64,000 nt of DNA from positions 159,501-223,500 of the forward strand of contig CAZJVT010000003.1 of the NCBI GenBank assembly GCA_964549935.1. The letters are read 5' to 3'. The notes below the pieces were generated by a model. It was not told where the DNA came from, made no database searches, and saw only the letters and a list, made by a program, of their open reading frames with translations. Source of the stretch: an uncultured Candidatus Saccharibacteria bacterium. Lineage in GTDB: Bacteria > Patescibacteriota > Minisyncoccia > UBA6257 > 1-14-0-10-44-23. The translations under genes were made by a program, and so were the position numbers. This document shows, in pieces, positions 17,644 through 26,038 of this stretch. How positions within the stretch are numbered: position 1 is the first letter of the stretch; every line of letters starts with the position of its first letter.

Positions 17644-18945
17644 CTAAACCGGCGCCCGGTTGAAGCCCGGGTAGACGAACGCGCCGCGGATCCGCTCGCA
17701 ATCCTGTTCGGACATCCCCTCGGCCCTGGCGAGCTGGTACCACTCGGATGCCACGAGCCGCTGCATCTCGTCGACGATGCGCTCGGCCTCCGCAGGCTCG
17801 AGCGTGAAGCGCCGGCACTGGCTCACCAGGTTCGTCGCATTCGCGATGCGGCCGAGATCGCCGATCTCCATGGCGAGATCGCGCCGGTCGAGCGAGACCG
17901 GCATCGAGGGCGTCAGGTCGTAGGCAGGCGAAATCTGCCACGTCCCGTCCCAGGCGATCACGGCATGGTTGCGCGGATGATCGTCGATGTTGGAGATGAG
18001 CGCATTGAAGCACATCCGTCGGAACAGCTCCTTCGCGTCGGCCGCGGACGTGGCCGAGATGCGGCGGAGCTCCTCGGCCAGAAGCACGTATGACCAGAGA
18101 TGCCGGTCCAGGGGGCCTTCATCGGCCCTGAGCAGGGTGAAGGCGCTCACCATGCGCGCACGGCGCCAGCCTTCGCCCTCGCGCTGGCGATCGAACCGCT
18201 TCACCAGCAGGGCATCGCGGCCGCCGACGTCGACGATGCGGCTGTCGGCGACCGTGATGCCGGCCAGCCGCGCGAGAGCGAGCATCGTCCTTTCCGCGCG
18301 GGCATTGTTGAAGCGATCGTCCGGTCGGTTGAACTTGGCGATCCAGAGCGCTCCATCGTCTTCCACGACTGCCTTCGGCCTGGCACCGCCCATCGAGGTG
18401 CCCAGCAGCAGGAGATCGCCGATCTGCGGCGCGGCGTCGGCCGATGACGCAGGAATGTCCTCGTCGGCGACGACCGCATCGGCTGCGGCCTGCAGCGCTG
18501 CGAGGTCGATCGTCCGGTTGAAGCGGGTCCGCGGAGCAGGAGGCTCGACGTTCCGTCCGAAGCCGAGGGCGCCGGCACGATCGTCGGGCGATTGCAGGAG
18601 ATAGTCGAGCTCGGAGGGCTGGGCGATCCCGGAATGCTTCTCGATCACCCGTCGGCCCCAGTAGTCGGGGCTCGCGTCCCGGATCGCGCCGAACACGCCC
18701 TTGAGCCTGACCGTATCGTAAGCCGTCGCCGCGAGCTTCAGCTCGACGGGATCGAGTTCGACGGCGTCCGGGCGCGCCAGATAGCTCCGTCCGTACACGA
18801 ACCGTCCGCGCGGGATGCCGAGCCCGTCGACCTCGAGGCGGTAGCGAGCGGCCGTTACGCTCGAGGTGGCGCCGGGGAGCGTGATGTAGACGAAGCACTC
18901 GTCGGCGGCGCGGCCAGCTCTGGAGGCCCCGGTCCTAGAAGTCAT
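17644..18945 (-). CDS. hipA: HipA family Ser/Thr kinase toxin (module 1)
   Basis: N-terminal couple domain (IRDASPDYWGR); P-loop GTSMGGARPK, LLVKRFDR, NIDDHPRNH, SPAYDL. Confidence 0.92.
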   Translation of the reverse strand: MTSRTGASRAGRAADECFVYITLPGATSSVTAARYRLEVDGLGIPRGRFVYGRSYLARPDAVELDPVELKLAATAYDTVRLKGVFGAIRDASPDYWGRRVIEKHSGIAQPSELDYLLQSPDDRAGALGFGRNVEPPAPRTRFNRTIDLAALQAAADAVVADEDIPASSADAAPQIGDLLLLGTSMGGARPKAVVEDDGALWIAKFNRPDDRFNNARAERTMLALARLAGITVADSRIVDVGGRDALLVKRFDRQREGEGWRRARMVSAFTLLRADEGPLDRHLWSYVLLAEELRRISATSAADAKELFRRMCFNALISNIDDHPRNHAVIAWDGTWQISPAYDLTPSMPVSLDRRDLAMEIGDLGRIANATNLVSQCRRFTLEPAEAERIVDEMQRLVASEWYQLARAEGMSEQDCERIRGAFVYPGFNRAPV

Positions 18946-19273
18946 TGCTCATTCCCGAAGAGCGGGCGCGCTTGCGCGTGCGGCCGAGCTCGAGCGCCAT
19001 GCCTTCCTTGTCGAGGTCGGGGGCGGCGACCTCGGCCAGCTGCTGCGAGAGTCCGTAGGCCCAGAGCAGCGCTGCATAGACCGCAATGCCGGTCGAGGGC
19101 TTCCCGTCCTCGGCGTCTGCGATCACGAAGCGGCTGGTCCCGATCTTCTCCGCGACGACTTCCTGGCTAAGCCCGCGGCGGAGCCTGGCCGTGCGCAGGC
19201 TGGCGCCGAGGGTCTTCAGCGTGCGCTCGACCTCGAAGGGCGGGGCGGCAAGGAGCTGGTTGCGGGCGGACAT
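18935..19273 (-). CDS. XRE/HTH antitoxin (HipB-like, module 1)
   Basis: LRTARLRRGLSQEVVAEKIGTSRFVIADAEDGKPS; overlaps the hipA start. Confidence 0.85.
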   Translation of the reverse strand: MSARNQLLAAPPFEVERTLKTLGASLRTARLRRGLSQEVVAEKIGTSRFVIADAEDGKPSTGIAVYAALLWAYGLSQQLAEVAAPDLDKEGMALELGRTRKRARSSGMSNDF

Positions 19274-19316
19274 GGTCCGAATATAGGGGGCGGGTACGGA
19301 AATGTCACGATAAGAC

Positions 19317-19363
19317 GTTAGTTCAAGACAACATAAGTGGATTTATTGAGATCTTGAAATAAC
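19317..19363. promoter_or_regulatory. Imperfect inverted repeat in the AT-rich promoter of HipBA module 1
   Basis: GTTAGTTCAAGA ... TCTTGAAATAAC (11/12 complementary). Confidence 0.4.
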
Positions 19364-19399
19364 AAATCTAAAGCCGAACCGGTGCAGCCAGCGGACATT

Positions 19400-19456
19400 T
19401 CCATGCGCTGTGGCGCGGGCGCGATCCCATAAGGGCGCGCAGGCGAGGGGAGGGAA
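19400..19456 (+). repeat. Direct repeat copy 2 (non-coding relic of the HNH 3' region with internal deletion)
   Basis: Matches 14944-15016 except that 18 nt are replaced by AT and one base is substituted. Confidence 0.9.
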
Positions 19457-19508
19457 ACACGTCCGCTCGAGGATCGCCGCGGCCGCTGCCTTCTTCCAGC
19501 GCCTTCGG

Positions 19509-20945
19509 TCACGACGGGAGCCGCCAGCCGCCGGGCTTGTCCTCGAAGCCGAGCACGTCGACCTCGATGCCGAAGCCGAAGGCGTCGTTGAGCAGCTCCA
19601 CCTGGCGTCCGATCGCCGACATGACCCTCAAGGCGACGGGGCCGTATTTCGGCTTGGCGCTTCGCACCTTCTCGGCGACGCCGAGGATCATGGCCGCCGC
19701 CACCCGGAGCCGGCCGAGGATGACGGAGGGGCGGATCCCCATCCGGTTTGCGGCGCGCTCGATCGCCTGCATGTCCAGGTCCTCGAAGCCCTGGTCGTCC
19801 TGGCCCTCCTCGGCGCCGAAGGTGAGCGCCATGCGCTGGCGGTACTGCGGGTAGAGCGCGATCGAAAGCACGTCGTAGAGCGGCGCCAGTCCGGCACGGA
19901 ACGCCCGCCCGTGCAGGAGCGCGTAGTTCTTGGCGTGCGCATCGGCATTGGCGACGAGGAAGTTGAAGATCATCGCGTCCAGCAGGTTGATGCGGAAGAG
20001 CGCGAAGGCGTCGACCTTCTCGAGGGCGAGGAGGTCATCGGCCCGCGGTCCGCCGCGATGGGTGTACTTGCGATCGGACGTGAAGCCGAGCGCCTGGCAG
20101 AAATCCTCCTGGTGGACGCGCCTGACGATGCAGGGACCGGAGATGCCGGCCGCGGCGGGCATGATCGCCCCACGGGGGGATCGTGCAGGCAGGAGACCTT
20201 CGATCTCGCGATCGTATCGAGGCACGACGAGGACCTCGCGGCCCGGCGCGAGCTCGACGATCCGCGGCTCGACGGCATCGAGGCCCATCGCCCGGGCGAG
20301 GTCCAGGCAGAAGGATTCGTTCGCGACCATGCCGGCGAAGGCGGGATCGGGAAGCTTGGCGATATGCGTCGAGGGCGCGCCGCCGCGGGCGCGATGGAAG
20401 CGGCCGTCGGCATCCATGACCACGGCGGCCTTGCCCTGGACGCCCGCGAGCGAGAACTCCTGCCCCTCGCCGGCGGCTCTCGTCCGGTCGATGCCTTTCT
20501 CCATCTGGTCGAGGAGATCGGCGGGGTCGAGGACGTCGTAGTCTTGAGGGAATTCGCCCGGCGTCTTCGCCGGATGCTCTCCGGCGGGCACGATCGAGAC
20601 GGCTCCCGGGCAGTCGCGGCCGACATGCTCGAGGATGCCCATGAGGTCGCGCTCGTCGAGTCCGAGCTGGAGCGCCAGGACCGACAGCCGCTTTCCTTCG
20701 GGCAGGAGGTTCTCGAAGAAGGGGAGGACGTCGCGCGGCCCGTAGACGCGGTTCTGCACCGGCAGCGAGATCGAGAGCGCGGCGCGCGGATAGCTGCCTA
20801 CATAGGCCGGGTCGTAGGCGAAGGTGGTCTCGAGGCCGGTATGCACGAGCCGGCCGGCGACGCCGGTCTGCCCGTCGAGGAAGACGTCGAGGGCGAGCTT
20901 CCGGTCGGACGAGGCTATGGCCTTGCCGGGCAGGCCGCCGGTCAT
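19509..20945 (-). CDS. hipA: HipA family toxin (module 2, E. coli HipA-like)
   Basis: FFENLLPEG, GRDCPGA, FSLAGVQGK, STHIAK, VHQEDFCQA, NADAHAKN, LAPLYD. Confidence 0.95.
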   Translation of the reverse strand: MTGGLPGKAIASSDRKLALDVFLDGQTGVAGRLVHTGLETTFAYDPAYVGSYPRAALSISLPVQNRVYGPRDVLPFFENLLPEGKRLSVLALQLGLDERDLMGILEHVGRDCPGAVSIVPAGEHPAKTPGEFPQDYDVLDPADLLDQMEKGIDRTRAAGEGQEFSLAGVQGKAAVVMDADGRFHRARGGAPSTHIAKLPDPAFAGMVANESFCLDLARAMGLDAVEPRIVELAPGREVLVVPRYDREIEGLLPARSPRGAIMPAAAGISGPCIVRRVHQEDFCQALGFTSDRKYTHRGGPRADDLLALEKVDAFALFRINLLDAMIFNFLVANADAHAKNYALLHGRAFRAGLAPLYDVLSIALYPQYRQRMALTFGAEEGQDDQGFEDLDMQAIERAANRMGIRPSVILGRLRVAAAMILGVAEKVRSAKPKYGPVALRVMSAIGRQVELLNDAFGFGIEVDVLGFEDKPGGWRLPS

Positions 20946-21289
20946 GACGCGCGTCCTCTCAGAGAGCTGCGGGCGCTTCGGAAGGCGCCGGCCGGCTTGC
21001 CGACGCGATGGCGCCGGCGGACGCCGGCATCGGGCTCGGCGAGGATCTCGTCCGCTTTCCGCAGCGTCTCCTCGGTGACGTCGAAGCGGAGCCGGATCCC
21101 GAGCGCGGCCAGGACATGGATGGCCTTGCCCAGGGCCGCCGTCGGCTTGCCTGCCTCCAGCTCGACCAGGAATCGCGTCCCGACATCGGCGAGGCCCGCG
21201 AGCTCGTGCTGGGCGAGGCCCTGGCGGAGCCGCTCCGCGGCAATCAGGGCGCCGATGGCGCGGGGAGATTGGAGACTGAAATCGGGCAT
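20942..21289 (-). CDS. hipB: HipB/y4mF-family HTH antitoxin (module 2)
   Basis: RLRQGLAQHELAGLADVGTRFLVELEAGKPT; ATGA overlap with hipA. Confidence 0.88.
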   Translation of the reverse strand: MPDFSLQSPRAIGALIAAERLRQGLAQHELAGLADVGTRFLVELEAGKPTAALGKAIHVLAALGIRLRFDVTEETLRKADEILAEPDAGVRRRHRVGKPAGAFRSARSSLRGRAS

Positions 21290-21294
21290 GATGA

Positions 21295-21412
21295 ATTCCC
21301 GAGCGGGAATATATGATCGAGTTACATCGACGTCAATGGTGATAAGTTCCCGCTTGGGATTTTATCAAAGAGGAGTGATGGATTGGAGGGTATAAAATAC
21401 CGAGCGGGAATA
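21295..21412. promoter_or_regulatory. Three HipB-type operator palindromes
   Basis: ATTCCCGAGCGGGAAT (21295-21310), TTCCCGCTTGGGAT (21347-21360), ATACCGAGCGGGAAT (21398-21411) upstream of hipB, ~50 nt apart. Confidence 0.7.
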
Positions 21413-21479
21413 TATAAGGTGATTATGGTCAATTATCCCGCTGACCATAATTTATCCCGCGGACCATGATGCGCCCCAT

Positions 21480-21941
21480 CTAGAACGACCGGATGGAGCG
21501 GGTGACGACCCCCCAGATCTCGAACCTACGCTCTTCGGTGATCTCGATGTCGGCATAATGCGGGTTCTCGGCGCGGAGGATCAGGCGACCGCCGGATCTC
21601 ACCAGGCGCTTGAGAACGAACTCCCCGTCGAGCACGGCGATGCAGATCGCCCCGTTCACGGGCCGCCTTGCCCGGTTGACCACGACGAGATCTCCATCGA
21701 ACAGGCCAGCTCCCTCCATGCTGTCGCCCTTGATGCGCGCGACGAAGGTCGCGGCGGCGTCCTCGATCAGGAGCTCGTTGAAGTCGATCGGCGCCGCGGT
21801 GAAGTCCTCTGCCGGGGACGGGAACCCGGCTGGAGCCGGAACCAGGAGGAGGGGGATCGCGGCAGGTCTCGAAGCGACGCATGGCGAGAACCCAGCTGAC
21901 GCCAAGTCGCCGATATGCGATTCGGGGATATTGTTCAGCAT
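21480..21941 (-). CDS. umuD: UmuD-like S24 autoprotease (Pol V accessory subunit); start uncertain
   Basis: AGFPSPAEDF cleavage site, GDSM catalytic Ser, FVLKRL catalytic Lys, IWGVVT; no DNA-binding domain. Confidence 0.9.
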   Translation of the reverse strand: MLNNIPESHIGDLASAGFSPCVASRPAAIPLLLVPAPAGFPSPAEDFTAAPIDFNELLIEDAAATFVARIKGDSMEGAGLFDGDLVVVNRARRPVNGAICIAVLDGEFVLKRLVRSGGRLILRAENPHYADIEITEERRFEIWGVVTRSIRSF

Positions 21942-21947
21942 TTGTTC
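21933..21947. promoter_or_regulatory. Alphaproteobacterial LexA (SOS) box
   Basis: GTTC-AGCATTT-GTTC, an exact GTTC-N7-GTTC, at the 5' end of umuD. Confidence 0.85.
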
Positions 21948-22046
21948 CGATGATAGGGTGACGGCGCGTCCCTTCGTCAAGCTGCTTTCCGGCGCGTTTC
22001 GGCGCGCGGAACGCGATCGCAGGCAGAGACACGCGAGGAGAGCCCT

Positions 22047-22730
22047 GTGACCGTCCTGGCGCGGCCCGATTTCAGGATCCTGCCGAACGGATACCTGCGC
22101 GACCTCGTCGCGCGACACCGCCGGGAACGCGCCGGCTACGTGGCCGTCGATCTCTACGAGGTCGTCTATGACGTGCCGGTTCTAGGATGGGCGGCGACTC
22201 GCGATGCGGCGCTCCTGGCCGCGCTCGAGCTCCGGCCCGATCGCCGCAATGTCGGTGTCTTCGCCTGCCGGCCCGAGCTCAAGGCGCAGATAGAGGCCGC
22301 GGGCTATGACTTCCAGACGACGAGCATCATGGCGCAGATCGCCGACGGCATCGCCTACGACGTTTCGGAGCTTTACCCGCCGCATGCCGCGCTCGAGTGG
22401 GCGGGCGACGTGGCGTCGTCGAACCGGCGCCTCGAAACGGGCGAAACGGACTGGCCAGCCATGCGGGACCTGCTTGTCCGCATGGGGCTCGCGCACCTCA
22501 GGGGCAGCATGATGGTCGACCTTGCGGAAAGCGGAATGATCGGGTGGACGGAAGAGGCGCCACTTCGGGGGATGGGCATTGCCAGCGCAGGCGGCCTGGC
22601 CCCCTTGTCCTCGCTACTCTTGCAGGCCGAGCGCGAGACGGCAGCAAACCTGAACGCATGGGAAATCGAGACGCAGGTCGGCAATTTTCTCGATGGTCGG
22701 GCCGAGAGCGCCTGGCTCAGGCGCGCCTGA
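22047..22730 (+). CDS. Hypothetical protein (227 aa)
   Basis: GAGGAG RBS before GTG; protein-like composition. Confidence 0.65.
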   Translation: MTVLARPDFRILPNGYLRDLVARHRRERAGYVAVDLYEVVYDVPVLGWAATRDAALLAALELRPDRRNVGVFACRPELKAQIEAAGYDFQTTSIMAQIADGIAYDVSELYPPHAALEWAGDVASSNRRLETGETDWPAMRDLLVRMGLAHLRGSMMVDLAESGMIGWTEEAPLRGMGIASAGGLAPLSSLLLQAERETAANLNAWEIETQVGNFLDGRAESAWLRRA

Positions 22731-22817
22731 CGGCTTGTGGCCTGGACACCCCTCCCCTAGGCTGATTTCGTCAGGTTTCGGGGGCGCAGATCACCAAGCG
22801 AGCAGCCGGCTGTTCAT

Positions 22818-22856
22818 CCCATATGGCGCGCCATATGTCGCGACGCGCCATATGGG
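22818..22856. repeat. Nested palindromes containing the parA-upstream motif
   Basis: Perfect 18-bp CATATGGCGCGCCATATG (22820-22837); 13-bp inverted repeat CCCATATGGCGCG/CGCGCCATATGGG; lies between convergent genes. Confidence 0.8.
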
Positions 22857-22858
22857 TC

Positions 22859-23371
22859 TCAGGCCATCGCCATTTCCTGCCGGGACCGCGGCGGAGGCGC
22901 CAGGTCGCCGAGACGATCCCGGGCATCGCGCATGAGTTCCGGCCTGACCTCGTCGAGATAGGCCATCATGTCGGCCGGGGATACCCAGCATTCGTGCCAT
23001 CGGCCCGGCGTGCCGGCGCAGATGTGCCAGCGTCCGGCATCGCCGCCGCTTCCGTCGGTGACGGCCTTGAACAGGGTCTTGAGGCAGTCCTCGTCGATCT
23101 GGAAGGCTTCGAAGCCGGTCGGTCCGCCGATGATGCGGAGGATCTCGTAGTCGCGGCAGCCGGCGATGGCGGGCTCCACTCGGATCTTGAGTTCGCGCTC
23201 GAAGCTGTCGATCACCGTCTTTCGGGAATCGCGGTAGGTCCAGTGGGACGCAATTGGCCGCTCGAGCCGCTCGAGCGCCGCCTCGGCGGCGAGGCGGCTG
23301 TCGTAGCGCGCCCGCTCCTCCGGGCTCATCGCGGCTATGCGATCGGCGAGCAACTTGGCGAAGTCGACCAT
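22859..23371 (-). CDS. Hypothetical protein (~170 aa)
   Basis: GGAG RBS before MVDFAKLLADRI; globular composition. Confidence 0.65.
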   Translation of the reverse strand: MVDFAKLLADRIAAMSPEERARYDSRLAAEAALERLERPIASHWTYRDSRKTVIDSFERELKIRVEPAIAGCRDYEILRIIGGPTGFEAFQIDEDCLKTLFKAVTDGSGGDAGRWHICAGTPGRWHECWVSPADMMAYLDEVRPELMRDARDRLGDLAPPPRSRQEMAMA

Positions 23372-23465
23372 CTGACACTCCGACTGAGAATGGCCATCGG
23401 ATGATACAGTGCCGAAGCGATAATACAAAGCCCGACGGGTCCTTGTGCCGGGCCATCGAGGCGCC

Positions 23466-24203
23466 ATGAAGCCCCGGGACACCCCGAGTGCGGACGAGAC
23501 GATGGCGGTCCTCCTCTTTCTCCATGAAAGAGGTGGTTCGGTCGCGGAGAAGGGCATGCCTCGTCGCCTGTCCAGGATAGCGTTCGCCCTGTCCTATGGA
23601 GACCTGGTGCAATACCGGGGAGGCAATAGCTTCCGGCTCACGAAGAAGGGAGCCGAGGCTGCCGCCAGGGGCTCTCTCGAACCGGTGCCGGCCGAGCGGC
23701 CGAGGCGCCGTGGCAGGCCGCCGGGCGGCGGCAAGCCCAGGTCCGGCGACGCGGACTGGATGAAGCCGCAATCCAGCCGGTCGACCACCGACGTCGATCG
23801 CGTGGTGGGAAGCAATATCCGCGAGCTTCGTTCGGCTCGGGGCATGTCGCAGACGAGCCTCGGCGAGCTCCTTCACGGGATCACCTTCCAGCAGATCCAG
23901 AAATACGAACGGGGCGACAACCGCATCTCGGCGACGAGGCTATGGCAGCTCGCGAAGGTCTTCGGCATCGACGTCGAGATGCTCTTCGCAGGTCTGGAGC
24001 CCGGCGAGACGGCAATAGACGAGGAGATGCTGACGATCATGGAGAACGCCGAGACGAAAGAGCTCGCGACGAACTTCCATAGGCTGGACCCGATGACGAG
24101 GGGATGCATCCGGAACCTCGTTCGGGAGCTTGGACCTCCTGAAAGGAAAACGAGACGGGCCAGGCGCGGCCGCAGGAGGGCGGATCTGGCGCTGCAGGAC
24201 TAG
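23466..24203 (+). CDS. XRE-family HTH regulator with N-terminal extension
   Basis: VGSNIRELRSARGMSQTSLGELLHGITFQQIQKYERGDNRISATRL; GAGG RBS. Confidence 0.88.
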   Translation: MKPRDTPSADETMAVLLFLHERGGSVAEKGMPRRLSRIAFALSYGDLVQYRGGNSFRLTKKGAEAAARGSLEPVPAERPRRRGRPPGGGKPRSGDADWMKPQSSRSTTDVDRVVGSNIRELRSARGMSQTSLGELLHGITFQQIQKYERGDNRISATRLWQLAKVFGIDVEMLFAGLEPGETAIDEEMLTIMENAETKELATNFHRLDPMTRGCIRNLVRELGPPERKTRRARRGRRRADLALQD

Positions 24204-24291
24204 GAGCATCCGGAATCGAGGTAACGGCTCGCTTCCAAGGGGGTGTTTAATCCTGTAGGCTAGGTACCAAAGGCAAATCGAGGAGCCGGCC

Positions 24292-24867
24292 ATGGACGGA
24301 GGCGTCGGGATTCCGCGGCGGATGACGGAAGGCGCGATGCCTGAGGTCGGCTCAAGTCCTCTTCGGATTGGACTGCTGCTCGAGGAAGCGGACCGTCCCG
24401 TGGTCGGCTTGCTCGCGGCTGCGGCCTGGGTGTCGTCGGCCGGCCTCGGCTATCGTACCGTCAACGATCCCGAAACCACCGGCTGCACCGCCATCATGGG
24501 GAGGAAGCCATACGAAGACCTGGATCGGGCCGTGTACGAGGCCGCACTCCACCAGGTCGCGTTCATGACGGAAAAGGTCCGATCGGCACTCGAGGTCGAG
24601 CCATTCAGGGAGGCTTTCGACCGTCTCGTCGAGGTTGCGCGTTCAGCCTGCAGCGAAAGCGGCCTTCATGCCAGTCGCTTCGCAGAAGCCCTCAGGATCA
24701 AGGCGGAGACACATCGGGCCCTCTACGAAGCGGTGACCTCCGTCGGCTTCTTCCTTCCGGCGCCGGTGCGCGAGGCCGCCTGGATGGGAAATGCACAGGC
24801 AGCACTGCTCGAAGCGCTGGAGCCAAGGCCGGAATCGGCCGCCCGGGCTCCGGGTCTCGTCCCATGA
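24292..24867 (+). CDS. Hypothetical protein
   Basis: GAGGAG RBS; ATGA overlap with next gene. Confidence 0.55.
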   Translation: MDGGVGIPRRMTEGAMPEVGSSPLRIGLLLEEADRPVVGLLAAAAWVSSAGLGYRTVNDPETTGCTAIMGRKPYEDLDRAVYEAALHQVAFMTEKVRSALEVEPFREAFDRLVEVARSACSESGLHASRFAEALRIKAETHRALYEAVTSVGFFLPAPVREAAWMGNAQAALLEALEPRPESAARAPGLVP

Positions 24868-25100
24868 CGATCGACGAGGCCGTCTCCTTCGCCTACTGGG
24901 ACGCCAAGAAGAAGGGGCGCCTCGAGCACGAGGCGATCGAAGCCGCGGTGAAGGTCATCGAGGAGCGCAGCCCGACCACCCCCTTGCCCTACGTCGAGGC
25001 GTTGAGGATCGTCGACTCGGTGGATCCGCCGCCGATCGAGATCGTCGCCCATGCGGACAAGCCGGTCAGCAAGGAGATCCTCGTCGAGCCGGCGACCTAG
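24864..25100 (+). CDS. Small hypothetical protein (78 aa)
   Basis: Translational coupling; G/C-ending codons. Confidence 0.6.
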   Translation: MTIDEAVSFAYWDAKKKGRLEHEAIEAAVKVIEERSPTTPLPYVEALRIVDSVDPPPIEIVAHADKPVSKEILVEPAT

Positions 25101-25115
25101 AAGGAGAGGCGCAGC

Positions 25116-25760
25116 TCAAGCCATCGCTGGCTGCTTGCCGTAGCTGTTGTCGATCATCGCCTCGATGTCGGCGTCCGACATGGGCTCTTCATTGGCCGCC
25201 GCAGGGAGCGGCCGGGTGATTGCGCCGGCGTACTTGTTGGTGAGCTTCGACCATTCCGGCAGGACCGTGTCCATCCCGACGATGCTCTTCTTGGGCTCCT
25301 TGAGAGGCGGCCCGATATAATCGCCCTGCCGCACGATCTCACGGGTCTTGCCCATGGCGTCGACCATGGCGTCGATGACGACGCTGGTCGAGAAGGGCTT
25401 CACGAGCGTCCTGTCCACGCCGGCAAGGCGTGCATGGAAAACGGCTTCCGGGGTCGAGCTTCCGGTAATGCCGATGACTTTCATGCCTTCGCGTCCGCGC
25501 AGGTTGCGCCTGACATGGCGGATTACCTGGAACCCGTTCATCGGCGTCATGAAGAGGTCGGTGATCAGAAGGTCGATGTCTTGGCGCTGCCCCAGGATCT
25601 CGATGGCCTGCTCCCCGTTCTGGGCCTCGTACACCGTGCCGACTTCGGCTTGCCGCACGATCTGGCAAAGGAGCCGGCGGATATAGCTCTGGTCGTCGAC
25701 GACCAGGACCCCCATCGGGCGCGTCTCTTTGGTAAACGAGCGAAGGCGGCCGTCGGTCAT
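25116..25760 (-). CDS. Receiver-domain response regulator without a DNA-binding domain
   Basis: VLVVDD, LLITDLFM (phospho-Asp), ITG, VKPFS; tail QGDYIGP. Confidence 0.88.
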   Translation of the reverse strand: MTDGRLRSFTKETRPMGVLVVDDQSYIRRLLCQIVRQAEVGTVYEAQNGEQAIEILGQRQDIDLLITDLFMTPMNGFQVIRHVRRNLRGREGMKVIGITGSSTPEAVFHARLAGVDRTLVKPFSTSVVIDAMVDAMGKTREIVRQGDYIGPPLKEPKKSIVGMDTVLPEWSKLTNKYAGAITRPLPAAANEEPMSDADIEAMIDNSYGKQPAMA

Positions 25761-26038
25761 GGTGCCGGTGCAGGTAGTGTGCCGGCGATCACTATAAGCG
25801 TGTAGGCCGCACAGTGTCCACAGAAAGAGCACGATAGGAGAACATCGCCGATCCGGCATGATTTGACCCGAGAAATCAAAGGACTGGAACCTAATTGCCA
25901 TTATCGAGTGTCAGCATGATGTATAGAGAACAGGCTTGACGTAAATGCGGGGCCGGCTGGATAATCATTGGGTACGCATCCCGCTTTCATTCTAGGAGCG
26001 GGAAGGTCCGTCGTCAGGGAAGGCAGGATCCTCAGGAC

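Noticed and set aside
19410-21395. 661-aa plus-strand ORF and other long Arg/Pro/Ala-rich ORFs (e.g. 11470-13041, 29785-31671, 52796-54949)
   Set aside because: Alternative-frame or antisense shadows of recognisable genes, expected in high-GC DNA
8491-25100. Prophage or IS/transposon
   Set aside because: No terminase, capsid, tail, lysis or transposase genes; recombinase looks like a plasmid resolvase type
25900-26038. CtrA (TTAA-N7-TTAA) or LexA box upstream of the pilus operon
   Set aside because: No convincing match by eye; only a plausible TTGACG/GATAAT-type promoter with uncertain spacing
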